A DNA stretch of 64,000 bases from an uncultured Actinomycetota bacterium (GCA_963791105.1 CAWBRA010000008.1:13458-77457); one strand, 5' to 3'; shown: positions 10,797 through 20,447, counted from the first letter of the stretch. Notes: generated from the sequence alone by a model not told the origin. Numbers and translations are program-made.

Positions 10797-11640
10797 GGGC
10801 GGCCCGGGCACGAGGTCCGGTCGTGACCGGATCCGCACGGTGTCGGTGCGCGGCATCCAGGCGAGGGTGTCGGTCCGGCCTGCTCGGGGACGGCTCGTTG
10901 ACGAGCCGCCGCTGCTGCTGTGCAACGGCATCGGCGCCAGCCTGGAGGCGCTGGCCCCGCTGGTCGAGTCGCTCGACCCCGACCGCGGCGTGGTGCGCTT
11001 CGACGTACCCGGCGTCGGCGGGAGCCAGCCCCCGCCGTTCCCCTACCCGATCGCGGCGCTGTCGTCGTGGGTGACGGCCCTGATGGCCAAGCTGGGTCAC
11101 CGACGGTTCGACGTGCTGGGGTTGTCGTGGGGTGGCGGTCTGGCCCAGCAGCTCGCGGTCCAGTCCCGCGGCCGGGTACGCCGGTTGGTGCTGGTGGCCA
11201 CCGGCACCGGGTCGCTGATGGTGCCGGCGCACCCGAGGGTGCTGGCCAAGATGCTCACCCCGCGACGGCACCGGGACCCGGCGTACGCCGCCCGGATCGC
11301 GCCCGAGATCTATGGCGGGACCATGCGGACCAACCCCGAGGCCGGCGCCGCGCTGCTGCACGCCTTCACCCGTGCCGGGCCGAAGCGCGGCTACTACTAC
11401 CAGCTGGCCGCGATGAGCGGCTGGAGCAGCCTGCCGTTCCTGGGGCTGATCCGGCAACCCACCCTGGTGATGGGCGGCGACGACGACCCGATCATCCCGG
11501 TCGCGAACCCCCGGCTGCAGGCCCGACTGATCCCCCGCTCGACCCTGCACGTCTACCAGGGCGGGCACCTGGCCATCCTGACCGAGGCCGCCGAGCTGGT
11601 GCCGGTCATCGAAGCCTTTCTGAGCGAGGAGAACACATGA
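10780..11640 (+). CDS. phaZ: Alpha/beta hydrolase resembling intracellular PHA depolymerase PhaZ
   Basis: LLLCNGIGASLE, lipase box GLSWGG, about 286 aa, sitting directly after phaC as in mcl-PHA clusters. The start overlaps the phaC end. Confidence 0.7.
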   Translation: MSMTAEGGPGTRSGRDRIRTVSVRGIQARVSVRPARGRLVDEPPLLLCNGIGASLEALAPLVESLDPDRGVVRFDVPGVGGSQPPPFPYPIAALSSWVTALMAKLGHRRFDVLGLSWGGGLAQQLAVQSRGRVRRLVLVATGTGSLMVPAHPRVLAKMLTPRRHRDPAYAARIAPEIYGGTMRTNPEAGAALLHAFTRAGPKRGYYYQLAAMSGWSSLPFLGLIRQPTLVMGGDDDPIIPVANPRLQARLIPRSTLHVYQGGHLAILTEAAELVPVIEAFLSEENT

Positions 11641-12836
11641 GCGACCTGGCGGACCTCGGGCTCGAGGACTCCCCCTTCTCCGACTTCCTCGGCTTCGAGC
11701 TGCTGCTCGAGGAGCAGGACCGCGAGCTGCTCAGCAGCGTGCGCGCCTACCTGACGCGCGAGGTGGAGCCGGTCATCAACGAGTTCTGGACCCGCGCTGA
11801 GTTCCCCCACGAGCTGGTGCCCGGCATCGCCGCGCTCGGCATCGCCGGACTCGCCTTCGAGGCTCCGGGCTGTCCTGGCCGGGGCGCGCTGGTCGACGGG
11901 CTGGTCGCGATGGAGCTCGCCCGCGTCGACCCTTCGATCGCTACCTTCATGGGCGTGCACGGCGGGCTCGCCATGGGGTCGATCCAGCTCGGCGGCTCCG
12001 ACGAGCAGCGGAAGCGGTGGCTGCCGGCGATGGCCCGGATGGAGCTGATCGGGGCGTTCGGTCTGACCGAGCCGGAGCACGGCTCGGACATCTCGGCCGG
12101 GCTGGCGACGACCGCCCGTCGTGACGGTGACGACTGGATCCTCAACGGTGAGAAGAAGTGGATCGGCAACGCCGCCTTCGCCGACCTGGTGGTCATCTGG
12201 GCGCGCGCCGAGGACGACGGTGAGGTCAAGGGGTTCGTCGTGGAGAAGGGCACCGAGGGGATGACCTTCGACAAGCAGGAGGACAAGATCGCCCTGCGCG
12301 TCGTACAGAACGCCGAGATCCACCTCCGCGACGTCCGGGTCCCGGAAGCCAACCGGCTGCAGAACGCGGACACCTTCCGGGCGACCGCGGACGTGCTGCG
12401 GGTGACCCGGATGAACGTCGCCTGGATGGCCACGGGGTGTGCCCGGGGCGCCTTCGAGCACGCGCTGCGCTACACCAAGGCGCGCCAGCAGTTCGGTCGC
12501 CCGATCGCGTCCTTCCAGCTGGTGCAGGACCTGCTGGTCAAGATGCTCAGCAACGTCACCGCGTCGACGGCGATGAACGTGCGCGCCTCGCAGCTCCAGG
12601 ACGCGGGGCTGCTCAAGGACGAGCACGCGTCGCTCTGCAAGGCGCACTCCACGGTCCGGATGCGGGAGGGCGTCGGCTGGGCACGCGAGGTGCTCGGGGG
12701 CAACGGGGTCCTGCTCGAGCACCACGTCGGCCGGTTCGTCGCGGACGCCGAGGCGATCTACTCCTACGAGGGCACTCGCGAGATGAACACGCTGATCGTC
12801 GGTCGGGCGATCACCGGGGAGAGCGCGTTCGTCTGA
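11637..12836 (+). CDS. Acyl-CoA dehydrogenase (glutaryl-CoA dehydrogenase-like)
   Basis: GLTEPEHGSDISAG, KWIGNAAFADL, QFGRPIASFQLVQ and YEGTREMNTLIVGRAITG. ATGA overlap with phaZ. Confidence 0.85.
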   Translation: MSDLADLGLEDSPFSDFLGFELLLEEQDRELLSSVRAYLTREVEPVINEFWTRAEFPHELVPGIAALGIAGLAFEAPGCPGRGALVDGLVAMELARVDPSIATFMGVHGGLAMGSIQLGGSDEQRKRWLPAMARMELIGAFGLTEPEHGSDISAGLATTARRDGDDWILNGEKKWIGNAAFADLVVIWARAEDDGEVKGFVVEKGTEGMTFDKQEDKIALRVVQNAEIHLRDVRVPEANRLQNADTFRATADVLRVTRMNVAWMATGCARGAFEHALRYTKARQQFGRPIASFQLVQDLLVKMLSNVTASTAMNVRASQLQDAGLLKDEHASLCKAHSTVRMREGVGWAREVLGGNGVLLEHHVGRFVADAEAIYSYEGTREMNTLIVGRAITGESAFV

Positions 12837-12939
12837 GTCGCGTCGTACCCCCCGACTTGGCGAGGGTTGTGGACGGTTCGGGGCCGGCACAAGCCTTGAT
12901 GAGCGTCCATAACCCCGATTTACATGCGAATCCAGCGAC

Positions 12940-15465
12940 CTACAGCTGCACCAGCCCGGTCACGTCGAGCACCAGCTCGCCCTCGGCGTCGGAGGCGTCG
13001 AGGTCGACGGTCGCGGTGATCCGCCAGTCGTGGTAGCCCTCGGGGTCGGCGAGGATCTGCTGGACCTCCCAGACGCGCTCGCCCTTCTCGACGAGCAGCA
13101 TCCGCGGTCCGCGGGCGTCCTGGCCCGTGTCGATGCTGTCGTGCTCGGCGAAGTAGGCGTCCAGCGCCTCCTGCCAGTCGGCGGCCGACATGGTCGCCGC
13201 GGCTTCGGTGTCGAGCTCCGCGAGCTGCTCGGCGCGCCGGAACGCGGCCAGCTCGACCCGGCGGAACATCGCGTTGCGCAGCAGCACCATGAACGCCCGC
13301 TCGTTGGCGGTGATCCGCTCCGGCGTCGGCGGCAGCACGTCAGGGGCTGCCTCGCCGCGCAGCCGGTCGGGGTCACTGAGCCGCTCCCACTCGTCGAGCA
13401 GGCTGGAGTCGGTCTGGCGGACCACGGCCCCGACCCAGGTGATGATGTCCTCGAGGTCGTCGGTGTGCACGCTGTCCGGCACGGTCTGCCGCAGCGCCCG
13501 GTAGGCGTCACCGAGGTAGCGCAGCACCAGCCCCTCGGACCTGGTCAGGCCGTAGAACGCGACGTACTCGGCGAAGCTCATCGCCCGCTCGTACATGTCA
13601 CGCACCACTGACTTCGGCTTGAGCGCGTCCTCCCCCACCCACGGGTGCTGGCGCCGGTAGATCCCGTAGGTGTGCTCCAGCAGCTCCTGCAGGGGCTTGG
13701 GCCAGGTGATCTCGTCGAGCAGCTCCATCCGCTCGTCGTACTCGATGCCGTCGGCCTTCATCTCCCCGATCGCGATGCCGCGCGCGAGGTGCTCCTGGGC
13801 GCCCAGCACCGGCCGGGGGTCCTCGAGGGTCGCCTCGACCACGGAGACGACGTCGAGCGCATAGGTCGGCACCTCGGGGTCGAGGGTGTCGAAGACGGCC
13901 AGCGCGTACGCCGACAGCGGCTGGTTGAGGGCGAAGTTCAGCTGCAGCCCGTCGACGAGACGCACCCGCCGACCGTCCGGCTCGGGTGTGGGGAGCAGCT
14001 CGACCACCCCGGCCGTCAGCAGCGCGCGGTGCTGGGCCGCCGCGCGGCGCATCAGCTGTCGCTGCGACCGCTCGTCCTCGTGGTTGTCCCGGAGCAGCCG
14101 CCGCATCGCGGCAGCAGGGTCACCCGGCCGGGCGATCACGTTGAGCAACATCGAGTGAGTCACCCGCATCCGGGAGACGAGCGCCTCGGGCTCGGCGGCC
14201 ACGATCCGCTCGAAGGCCTCCTCGGTCCAGGTCACCTGCCCCTCGGGGGCCTTCTTGCGCTGCACCCGCTTGAGCTTCTTCGGGTCGTCGCCGGCCTTCT
14301 TCACCAGCCGCGCGTTCTCCACGACGTGGTCCGGGGCCTGCACCACCACGGTGCCCGCCGTGTCGAAGCCGGCCCGGCCCGCACGCCCGGCGATCTGGTG
14401 GAACTCGCGGGCCTTGAGCATCCGCTGGCGACGTCCGTCGTACTTGGAGAGACCGGTGAAGACCACCGTGCGGATGGGCACGTTGATGCCGACACCGAGC
14501 GTGTCCGTGCCGCAGATGACCTTGAGCAGCCCGGCCTGGGCGAGCTGCTCGACGAGGCGGCGGTACTTCGGCAGCATCCCGGCGTGGTGCACGCCGATGC
14601 CGTGCTTCACCAGCCGGTTCAGGGTCTTGCCGAAGCCCGGGCTGAACCGGAAGCCGCCGATCAGCTCGGCGATCCGGTCCTTCTCCTCGCGCGTGCACAC
14701 GTTGATGCTGGTCAGCGCCTGCGCACGTTCGAGGGCCGAGACCTGGGTGAAGTGGACGACGTAGACCGGCGACTGGTGCGTGGTGAGCAGCTCCTCGAGC
14801 GTCTCGTGCATCGGCGTCACGGCCCACTCATAGCTCAGTGGCACCGGTCGGGTCGCGCTGGTCACGACCGCCGTCTCCCTGCCCGTACGCCGGGTCAGGT
14901 CGTCGACGAACCGGGTGACGTCGCCCAGCGTCGCGGACATCAGCAGGAACTGTGCCTGCGGGAGCTCGAGCAGCGGCACCTGCCACGCCCAGCCCCGGTC
15001 GGGCTCGGAGTAGAAGTGGAACTCGTCCATCACCACCTGCCCGATGTCGGCCTGCGCTCCCTCGCGCAACGCGATGTTGGCCAGCACCTCGGCGGTGCAG
15101 CAGACGATCGGTGCCTGGGCGTTGACGGCAGCGTCGCCGGTCAGCATGCCGACGCTGTCTGCGCCGAAGAGGTCGATCAGCGCGAAGAACTTCTCCGAGA
15201 CGAGCGCCTTGATCGGAGCGGTGTAGAACGTCCGCTTGCCCTGGGCCAGCGCGGCGAAGTGCGCCCCGGTGGCGACCAGGCTCTTCCCCGTCCCGGTCGG
15301 CGTGGACAGGATGACGTTGTTGCCGCTGACCATCTCGATCAGCGCCTCCTCCTGCGCCGGGTAGAGCGTCAGGCCCTGCTCCACCGCCCAGGCCTCGAAG
15401 ACCTCGAACAGCGTGTCCGGGTCGGGGGCACCGGTGGGGTCTGGGAGTCGGTCGAGGAGTGGCAT
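12940..15465 (-). CDS. DEAD/DEAH-box (Ski2-like) helicase with a DUF3516-type C-terminal domain
   Basis: STPTGTGKSLV (motif I), VMDEFHFY (DExH) and MSATLGD. The long C-terminal extension is typical of actinobacterial DUF3516 helicases. Confidence 0.85.
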   Translation of the reverse strand: MPLLDRLPDPTGAPDPDTLFEVFEAWAVEQGLTLYPAQEEALIEMVSGNNVILSTPTGTGKSLVATGAHFAALAQGKRTFYTAPIKALVSEKFFALIDLFGADSVGMLTGDAAVNAQAPIVCCTAEVLANIALREGAQADIGQVVMDEFHFYSEPDRGWAWQVPLLELPQAQFLLMSATLGDVTRFVDDLTRRTGRETAVVTSATRPVPLSYEWAVTPMHETLEELLTTHQSPVYVVHFTQVSALERAQALTSINVCTREEKDRIAELIGGFRFSPGFGKTLNRLVKHGIGVHHAGMLPKYRRLVEQLAQAGLLKVICGTDTLGVGINVPIRTVVFTGLSKYDGRRQRMLKAREFHQIAGRAGRAGFDTAGTVVVQAPDHVVENARLVKKAGDDPKKLKRVQRKKAPEGQVTWTEEAFERIVAAEPEALVSRMRVTHSMLLNVIARPGDPAAAMRRLLRDNHEDERSQRQLMRRAAAQHRALLTAGVVELLPTPEPDGRRVRLVDGLQLNFALNQPLSAYALAVFDTLDPEVPTYALDVVSVVEATLEDPRPVLGAQEHLARGIAIGEMKADGIEYDERMELLDEITWPKPLQELLEHTYGIYRRQHPWVGEDALKPKSVVRDMYERAMSFAEYVAFYGLTRSEGLVLRYLGDAYRALRQTVPDSVHTDDLEDIITWVGAVVRQTDSSLLDEWERLSDPDRLRGEAAPDVLPPTPERITANERAFMVLLRNAMFRRVELAAFRRAEQLAELDTEAAATMSAADWQEALDAYFAEHDSIDTGQDARGPRMLLVEKGERVWEVQQILADPEGYHDWRITATVDLDASDAEGELVLDVTGLVQL

Positions 15466-15518
15466 CGCCCGGCCATCGTCCCCGACCCCCGCCGGTTAGC
15501 CCAATCAGACCGACCGGA

Positions 15519-15716
15519 TCAGCGTCTGAAGCGATCCATCAGGCCGCGAAGGCCGCGGCCGGCCGCCATGTCCTGCCCACCGCGTGCCCGGGGTGCACCG
15601 GCTCCTCCGCCGCCCAGCGGCGTGCCGGTCCCGCTCGACGTTCCACCGAACCCAGCGCCACGGGACTCGCCGCGACGACCGACCAGCCGGTTCAGCATGC
15701 TCACGAGGTTCGCCAT
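15519..15716 (-). CDS. Small glycine-rich protein, 65 aa (hypothetical)
   Basis: Strong RBS AAGGAGGG 5 nt before ATG 15716. Codon third positions are GC-rich. MANLVSMLNRLVGRRGESRGAGFGG... Confidence 0.45.
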   Translation of the reverse strand: MANLVSMLNRLVGRRGESRGAGFGGTSSGTGTPLGGGGAGAPRARGGQDMAAGRGLRGLMDRFRR

Positions 15717-15812
15717 GATCCCTCCTTGTGTCGCACGTCGGGCTGTCTGCCCGACACCCTGGAGGTGCCCAGATGACGCGGATCGCATGCGCCCCGAGGC
15801 GGGTGCGGAGGG

Positions 15813-16148
15813 TCAGGCGGGGTGGTTCCGGGCAGCGTCCTCGACGCAGAGCACGGCCCACGGGAGCGCCTCGAGGCGTCCCTCGGGGATCTGCTTCCCG
15901 CAGGTGTCGCACACGCCGTAGGAGCCCTCGTCGAGCTTGGTCAGTGCGCGTACGACGTCCGCACGGGTGACCTGGAGCTGGTCGTGGACGGCCACCTGCG
16001 CGAGCCGGTCCACGGCCATCGAGGTCCCCTCGCCGATGCGCTTCCCGAACGAGATCGTGCCCTGGTCGACGGGCTTCTCCGTCATCACGGCCATCTCGTC
16101 GTTGATCTCGGCCAGCTTCGCCGTGAGGGTGCTGCGGGGGTCTTCCAT
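15813..16148 (-). CDS. TraR/DksA-family C4 zinc-finger protein
   Basis: C-terminal GSYGVCDTCGKQIPEGRLEALPWAVLCVEDA (CxxC-N17-C). The rest of the track ORF 15813..16784 is artefactual. Confidence 0.75.
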   Translation of the reverse strand: MEDPRSTLTAKLAEINDEMAVMTEKPVDQGTISFGKRIGEGTSMAVDRLAQVAVHDQLQVTRADVVRALTKLDEGSYGVCDTCGKQIPEGRLEALPWAVLCVEDAARNHPA

Positions 16149-16192
16149 CCCCCCAGCATGCCCCGAACGGACGAGGTTCCCCAACGGGGGCG

Positions 16193-16879
16193 TCAGCGGT
16201 CGACGCGCAGCAGCAGCAGGCCGTCGACCGTGCGCACCTCGACGCGGCTGATCTGGGCCAGGTCCGTCGCCGTGGCGCCGTCGATGGTGGTGGCCTTGCC
16301 GGCCACGGCTCGCCAGGTCGCGACCTGCTCCTCGCCACCGTCGCGGGTGTGCACGACCAGGGCGTACGCCGGCAGGCTCGGCACGCTCTCCGGCGCCCCG
16401 CCGTAGCTGCAGCGCAGCCGCAGCTTGGTCCCCCACGCGACCTGCTCGAGCGACACCGAGCCCCCCAACCGGTACTGGTCGACCTGCGTCATCTCCACCG
16501 CGGCCGGGCTGGCCGACGCGGGCGGATCGTCGGCACGCCGGTCGGCGTACTGAACCGCCACCGTGGTGGCCGCCACCACCGCCGCCGCAGCGCCCGCCGT
16601 CACCGCGACCCACCGAGCCCGCCGCGTCCGACGCCCGCGGACGGCCTCCGCGAGCAACGTGGGCAGAACGCTCGGAGGCAGCGGCTCGACCGGACCGATC
16701 CCGGCCACCTCGTCGGCGTCGAGACGGGCCAGCAGGCCCGGCATGCCGGCGAGCTCCCGGACCGCCGCGGCGCACCGGGCGCACGTGGCCAGGTGCTCCT
16801 CGTAGGCCAGCCGGTCCGACGGTGACAGCGCACCCAGGACGTACGCCGCATCCTCGTGGGCATGCCTCTCGCAGCTCAC
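16193..16879 (-). CDS. Anti-sigma factor (zf-HC2 type, single TM)
   Basis: HLATCARCAAAV (H-x3-C-x2-C) and the central TM segment WVAVTAGAAAAVVAATTVAV. The GTG start overlaps the sigma-factor stop (GTGA). Confidence 0.75.
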   Translation of the reverse strand: MSCERHAHEDAAYVLGALSPSDRLAYEEHLATCARCAAAVRELAGMPGLLARLDADEVAGIGPVEPLPPSVLPTLLAEAVRGRRTRRARWVAVTAGAAAAVVAATTVAVQYADRRADDPPASASPAAVEMTQVDQYRLGGSVSLEQVAWGTKLRLRCSYGGAPESVPSLPAYALVVHTRDGGEEQVATWRAVAGKATTIDGATATDLAQISRVEVRTVDGLLLLRVDR

Positions 16880-17385
16880 GTCACCACCCCCATCTCCTCC
16901 AGCGCGAGTCTCAGCGCCCGCAGGGCGTAGTGGGTGCGCGACTTCACGGTGCCCTCCGGGATCCCCAGCCGGTGTGCGACGTCGGCGACCGAGCGCCCTT
17001 GGTAGTAGCAGTGCAGCAGCACCACTCGGTGGTCCTCGGACAGGGTGCGGACGGCCTCCGCCACCATCCACGACAGCAGCAGCTGTTCGGTGTCGTCGCC
17101 CTCGATCCTCTCGGGGAGCTGGTCTGTCACGACCTCGGGGTGGCTGCGGCGCTGACGCCACTGGTCGATGAACAGGTTGCGGGCCACGGTGAACAGCCAC
17201 CCGCGCACGGACCCCTGGGACACCGCCATCATCTCGGGGTGCCGCCAGGCCCGCAGCAGGGTCTCCTGCACCAGGTCCTCGGCCTGGTAGCGGTCGTGAC
17301 CCGTCAGGCGCAGGCAGAACGACCACAGCGCGGCGCCGTGCTCCTCGTGCAGTGCGCGGAGCAGGACGAGATCGGTCTGCGGCAT
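16876..17385 (-). CDS. ECF (group IV) sigma-70 family RNA polymerase sigma factor
   Basis: Region 2 AEDLVQETLLRAWRH and region 4 SVADVAHRLGIPEGTVKSRTHYALRALR. Confidence 0.9.
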   Translation of the reverse strand: MPQTDLVLLRALHEEHGAALWSFCLRLTGHDRYQAEDLVQETLLRAWRHPEMMAVSQGSVRGWLFTVARNLFIDQWRQRRSHPEVVTDQLPERIEGDDTEQLLLSWMVAEAVRTLSEDHRVVLLHCYYQGRSVADVAHRLGIPEGTVKSRTHYALRALRLALEEMGVVT

Positions 17386-17405
17386 CGGGACCTCCTGACT
17401 TCCAC

Positions 17406-17472
17406 GACGTACCCGGGACGCGTGCGGTTCACATCTGGGTTCAGTGTGAACCGTCGGCGCCCCGGATTCGTG
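17406..17472. promoter_or_regulatory. Putative divergent ECF-type promoter pair built on a palindrome
   Basis: GGTTCACA (17426-17433) and TGTGAACC (17445-17452) form an inverted repeat. Each arm gives a GAACC -35-like element followed after 16 nt by CGTC/CGTG (17406-17409 on the minus strand, 17469-17472 on the plus strand). Confidence 0.35.
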
Positions 17473-17522
17473 TGGTGGGACAGGGGGGTCATCGGGATCC
17501 CCGGAACGAAAGGGACGAACCC

Positions 17523-18032
17523 ATGCGACCTCACCTGCTCATGACCTCGGCAGCAGCGCTGGCCCTCGCCGTCACCACCCTGGGGGGCGCCTCGGCCCAA
17601 GGTGACTCCGGTGAACGCGGCCGCCACCACGGTCACCACGGCCACCACGGCCACCACCACGACCTCCTGCGTGCCCCCTTGGCCGGCAGCCTGGTCGACG
17701 ACGACGCGATCTTCGGCGTCGACCCGGGGGCGGCGCCCTGGGAGATCGGCCCGAGCACGGTCCGCGTCCGCAAGTCCGGACGCCTGGACCTCCGCGTTCG
17801 CGGGCTCCTGATCCCGGGAGTGGGCGTCGGGATGGTCAAGACCGTCTCGGCCAGCCTGGCCTGCAACGGCATGATCGCGGACACCAGCAAGAGCGTGCCG
17901 CTGAGCATGGCCGGCAATGCCCGGATCAGGGACCACCTCAGCGTGCCGAACCGGTGCCTCGCGCCAGTGGTGATGGTGCACCCGAACAACGCCACCGCGT
18001 TCTTCATCGCAGTCTCGGGACACCAGCGATGA
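17523..18032 (+). CDS. Secreted protein with an N-terminal His tract (hypothetical)
   Basis: Signal peptide MRPHLLMTSAAALALAVTTLGGASA followed by RHHGHHGHHGHHH. I recognise no family for the remainder. Confidence 0.65.
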   Translation: MRPHLLMTSAAALALAVTTLGGASAQGDSGERGRHHGHHGHHGHHHDLLRAPLAGSLVDDDAIFGVDPGAAPWEIGPSTVRVRKSGRLDLRVRGLLIPGVGVGMVKTVSASLACNGMIADTSKSVPLSMAGNARIRDHLSVPNRCLAPVVMVHPNNATAFFIAVSGHQR

Positions 18033-18472
18033 GCCAACCGGTCGGTCGGCGACCGATGCTCGCCGGGGGACTCGCGCTCGCGGCGTCAGGCGCCCTCGTT
18101 GCCTGTGGGTCCTCCTCGAGCGACTCAGGATCGACTGACAACGCGGACAAGGACTCGTCGGGGTCCGCCGACGCGGGCTCGGGTGGCCTGGTCGCGCTCG
18201 CCGACGTGCCCGTGGGAGGAGCCGTGGGCGCGAAGGATGCGGACGGCAAGCCGGTCATCGTCGCCCAGCCGACCGAGGGCGACATCGTCGCGTTCACGGC
18301 CGTGTGCACCCACAAGGGCTGCACGGTGAAGCCCGAGGAGAAGCAGCTGAAGTGCCCGTGCCACGGGTCGGTCTTCGACGCCTTCACCGGCGAGAACATC
18401 TCCGGTCCGGCACCCTCCCCCCTCGCCGCTATCCAGGTGAAGGTCGAGGGCGACCAGGTCGTGGAGGGGTGA
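18029..18472 (+). CDS. TAT-exported Rieske [2Fe-2S] lipoprotein
   Basis: GRRPMLAGG twin-arginine-like motif plus the lipobox LVAC. Rieske motifs CTHKGC and CPCHGS. ATGA overlap with the upstream gene. Confidence 0.85.
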   Translation: MSQPVGRRPMLAGGLALAASGALVACGSSSSDSGSTDNADKDSSGSADAGSGGLVALADVPVGGAVGAKDADGKPVIVAQPTEGDIVAFTAVCTHKGCTVKPEEKQLKCPCHGSVFDAFTGENISGPAPSPLAAIQVKVEGDQVVEG

Positions 18473-18533
18473 GCGGACGCACGCCCCCGAGGCGCCAGCT
18501 CGGATCTTCGCGGTTGGCCCTAGCCTTGGGGGC

Positions 18534-19310
18534 GTGCGGATCGCCACCTGGAACGTCAACTCCCTGCGGAGCCGCATCGACCGGGTGGAAGGCCTCCTCC
18601 AGCGCCACCAGATCGACGTGCTCGCCCTGCAGGAGACCAAGGCCCGCGAGGACCAGCTCCCCCTGATGGGCCTGTCGGTCCTCGGGTACGACGTTGCCGC
18701 CGTCGGTCACGACCAGTGGAACGGGGTCGCGATCATCAGTCGTGTCGGCATCGAGGACGTCGAGGTCGGCTTCCCCGGCATGCCCACCTGGGGCGACCCG
18801 GCCGTGGCGGAGGCGCGCGCGATCGGGGCCACCTGCGGTGGTGTCCGGATGTGGTCGCTCTACGTCCCGAACGGCCGCAAGGTCGACGACCCCCACTACC
18901 ACTACAAGCTCGCGTGGCTGGCTCGGCTGCGCGAGGCGGCCCGCTCGATGACCGGGGACGTGGCCCTGGTCGGCGACTGGAACGTCGCCCCCCACGACGA
19001 GGACGTCTTCGACATGGCCCAGTTCGCGAAGAGCACCCACGTGACTCCCCAGGAGCGCGCAGCCTTCGCCGGCTTCCTCGAGGACGGCTACGTCGACGTC
19101 GTACGCCCACACACGCCCGGGCCGCACGTCTACACCTACTGGGACTACTACCGGCAGCGCTTCGAGCGCAACCGTGGCCTGCGCATCGACTTCGTCCTCG
19201 GCAGCGCGTCCCTGGCCTCCCGCGTGACCGGCGCCTTCATCGACACCGACGAGCGCGCCGGCAAGGGAGCCAGCGACCACGCCCCGGTGGTCGTCGACCT
19301 CGCCGACTGA
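18534..19310 (+). CDS. xthA: Exodeoxyribonuclease III
   Basis: MRIATWNVNSLRSR...LALQETK...GDWNVAP...SDHAPVVVDL. Confidence 0.9.
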   Translation: MRIATWNVNSLRSRIDRVEGLLQRHQIDVLALQETKAREDQLPLMGLSVLGYDVAAVGHDQWNGVAIISRVGIEDVEVGFPGMPTWGDPAVAEARAIGATCGGVRMWSLYVPNGRKVDDPHYHYKLAWLARLREAARSMTGDVALVGDWNVAPHDEDVFDMAQFAKSTHVTPQERAAFAGFLEDGYVDVVRPHTPGPHVYTYWDYYRQRFERNRGLRIDFVLGSASLASRVTGAFIDTDERAGKGASDHAPVVVDLAD

Positions 19311-19331
19311 CTCGGGCGCTCGGGCGGAGCC

Positions 19332-19517
19332 CGAGGTGGAGCCGAGACGTCGGACCCCACCAGGAGGCCTCGGGCGAAGCGCGAGGTGGAGCCGAGACGT
19401 CGGACCCCACCAGGAGGACTCGGGGCCGGACGCGCCCGAGGTGGAGCCGAGACGTCGGAAACGAACAGGGGGAGCGCAGCGGAGGATGTTCGGCTTGCGA
19501 CATCTCGGCGACCCCAC
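19332..19517 (+). repeat. Three direct copies of a structured repeat (two 36-nt short forms, one about 81-nt long form)
   Basis: CGAGGTGGAGCCGAGACGTCGGACCCCACCAGGAGG at 19332 and 19382. The long form from 19437 has the same ends with about 52 nt inserted between GACGTCGGA and CCCCAC. Confidence 0.85.
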
Positions 19518-20447
19518 AGACCAAAGGCGCGGACGGGAGCAAAGATGCGTACGCCGCTAGACCCCAGCGGCAGTCCACAGACCAAGATCACCCCTTGACT
19601 CGAACACCTGTTCGAACCAGAATAGACCCATGACAGCACTCCTCGACCGCCACCCCGACACGGCCCACCCCGTGCTCGCCGGCGTCGCCGAGCTGCACCA
19701 CCTGCTCGACCAGCTGCACACCCACGCCGGGACCAGCCTGAGAAGCGCCGACCACGCCGCCCTGGTCGCCGACCTCGACCGCGCCGGGCGCCGCCTCGAG
19801 GCCCTCAAGCTCAAGATCCTCGCCGCCGCCGACCACGCCGGCACCGCCCGCGACGCCGGGTTCACCGGCACCGACGCCTGGACCGCCCGACACACCAACA
19901 CCTCCCGGACCACCGCCGCCCGCGAAGTCCACCTCGCCACCGAGCTCGAGCACGGCCACGACACCACCGCCCAGGCCCTCGACGCCGGACTGGTCTCCCC
20001 CGCCCACGCCGCCGTCATCCTGCACGCCGCGGACCAGCTGCCCGCCGGAGTCAGCGACCAGCAACGCGCCACCGTCGAGAGCGTCCTCGTGGAGCAGGCA
20101 CAACGGCTCAACCCCGACCAGCTGCGCCGGCTCGCCCGCCGCGCCAGTCGAGGACGATCGAACCCGACCAAGCAGCCGTCGACGCCCACGAGAACGACCT
20201 CATCCGCACCGAGGAAGCCACCGCCCGCGACGCCTGCAGCCTCACCTTCCACGACAACGACGACGGCACCACCACCGGCCACTTCACCATCCCGACCCTG
20301 GCTGCAGCGGTGCTGCGCAAGGTCGATCGAGTCCATGACCGCACCCAGGCGGATGCGCGCGAGCGAGCAACCCAGTCACGACTGGCGCCACCGCCGAGGC
20401 CTTGCGTTCGCCGAGCTCCTCGAGCACCTGCCCACTCGGGCGCAGCC

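Noticed and set aside
19332-19517. Possible CRISPR array (three direct repeats)
   Set aside because: The intervening segments are only 14-19 nt. The third unit is a longer variant of the same element. An inverted copy exists 1.2 kb away, and no cas genes are present. The evidence fits a REP/MITE-like repeat, not CRISPR.
19601-19620. GTTCGAACC resembling a tRNA T-loop near the repeats
   Set aside because: The flanks cannot form a T-stem, and there is no acceptor or anticodon arm. It is part of the CGAACAccTGTTCG palindrome in a promoter-like context.
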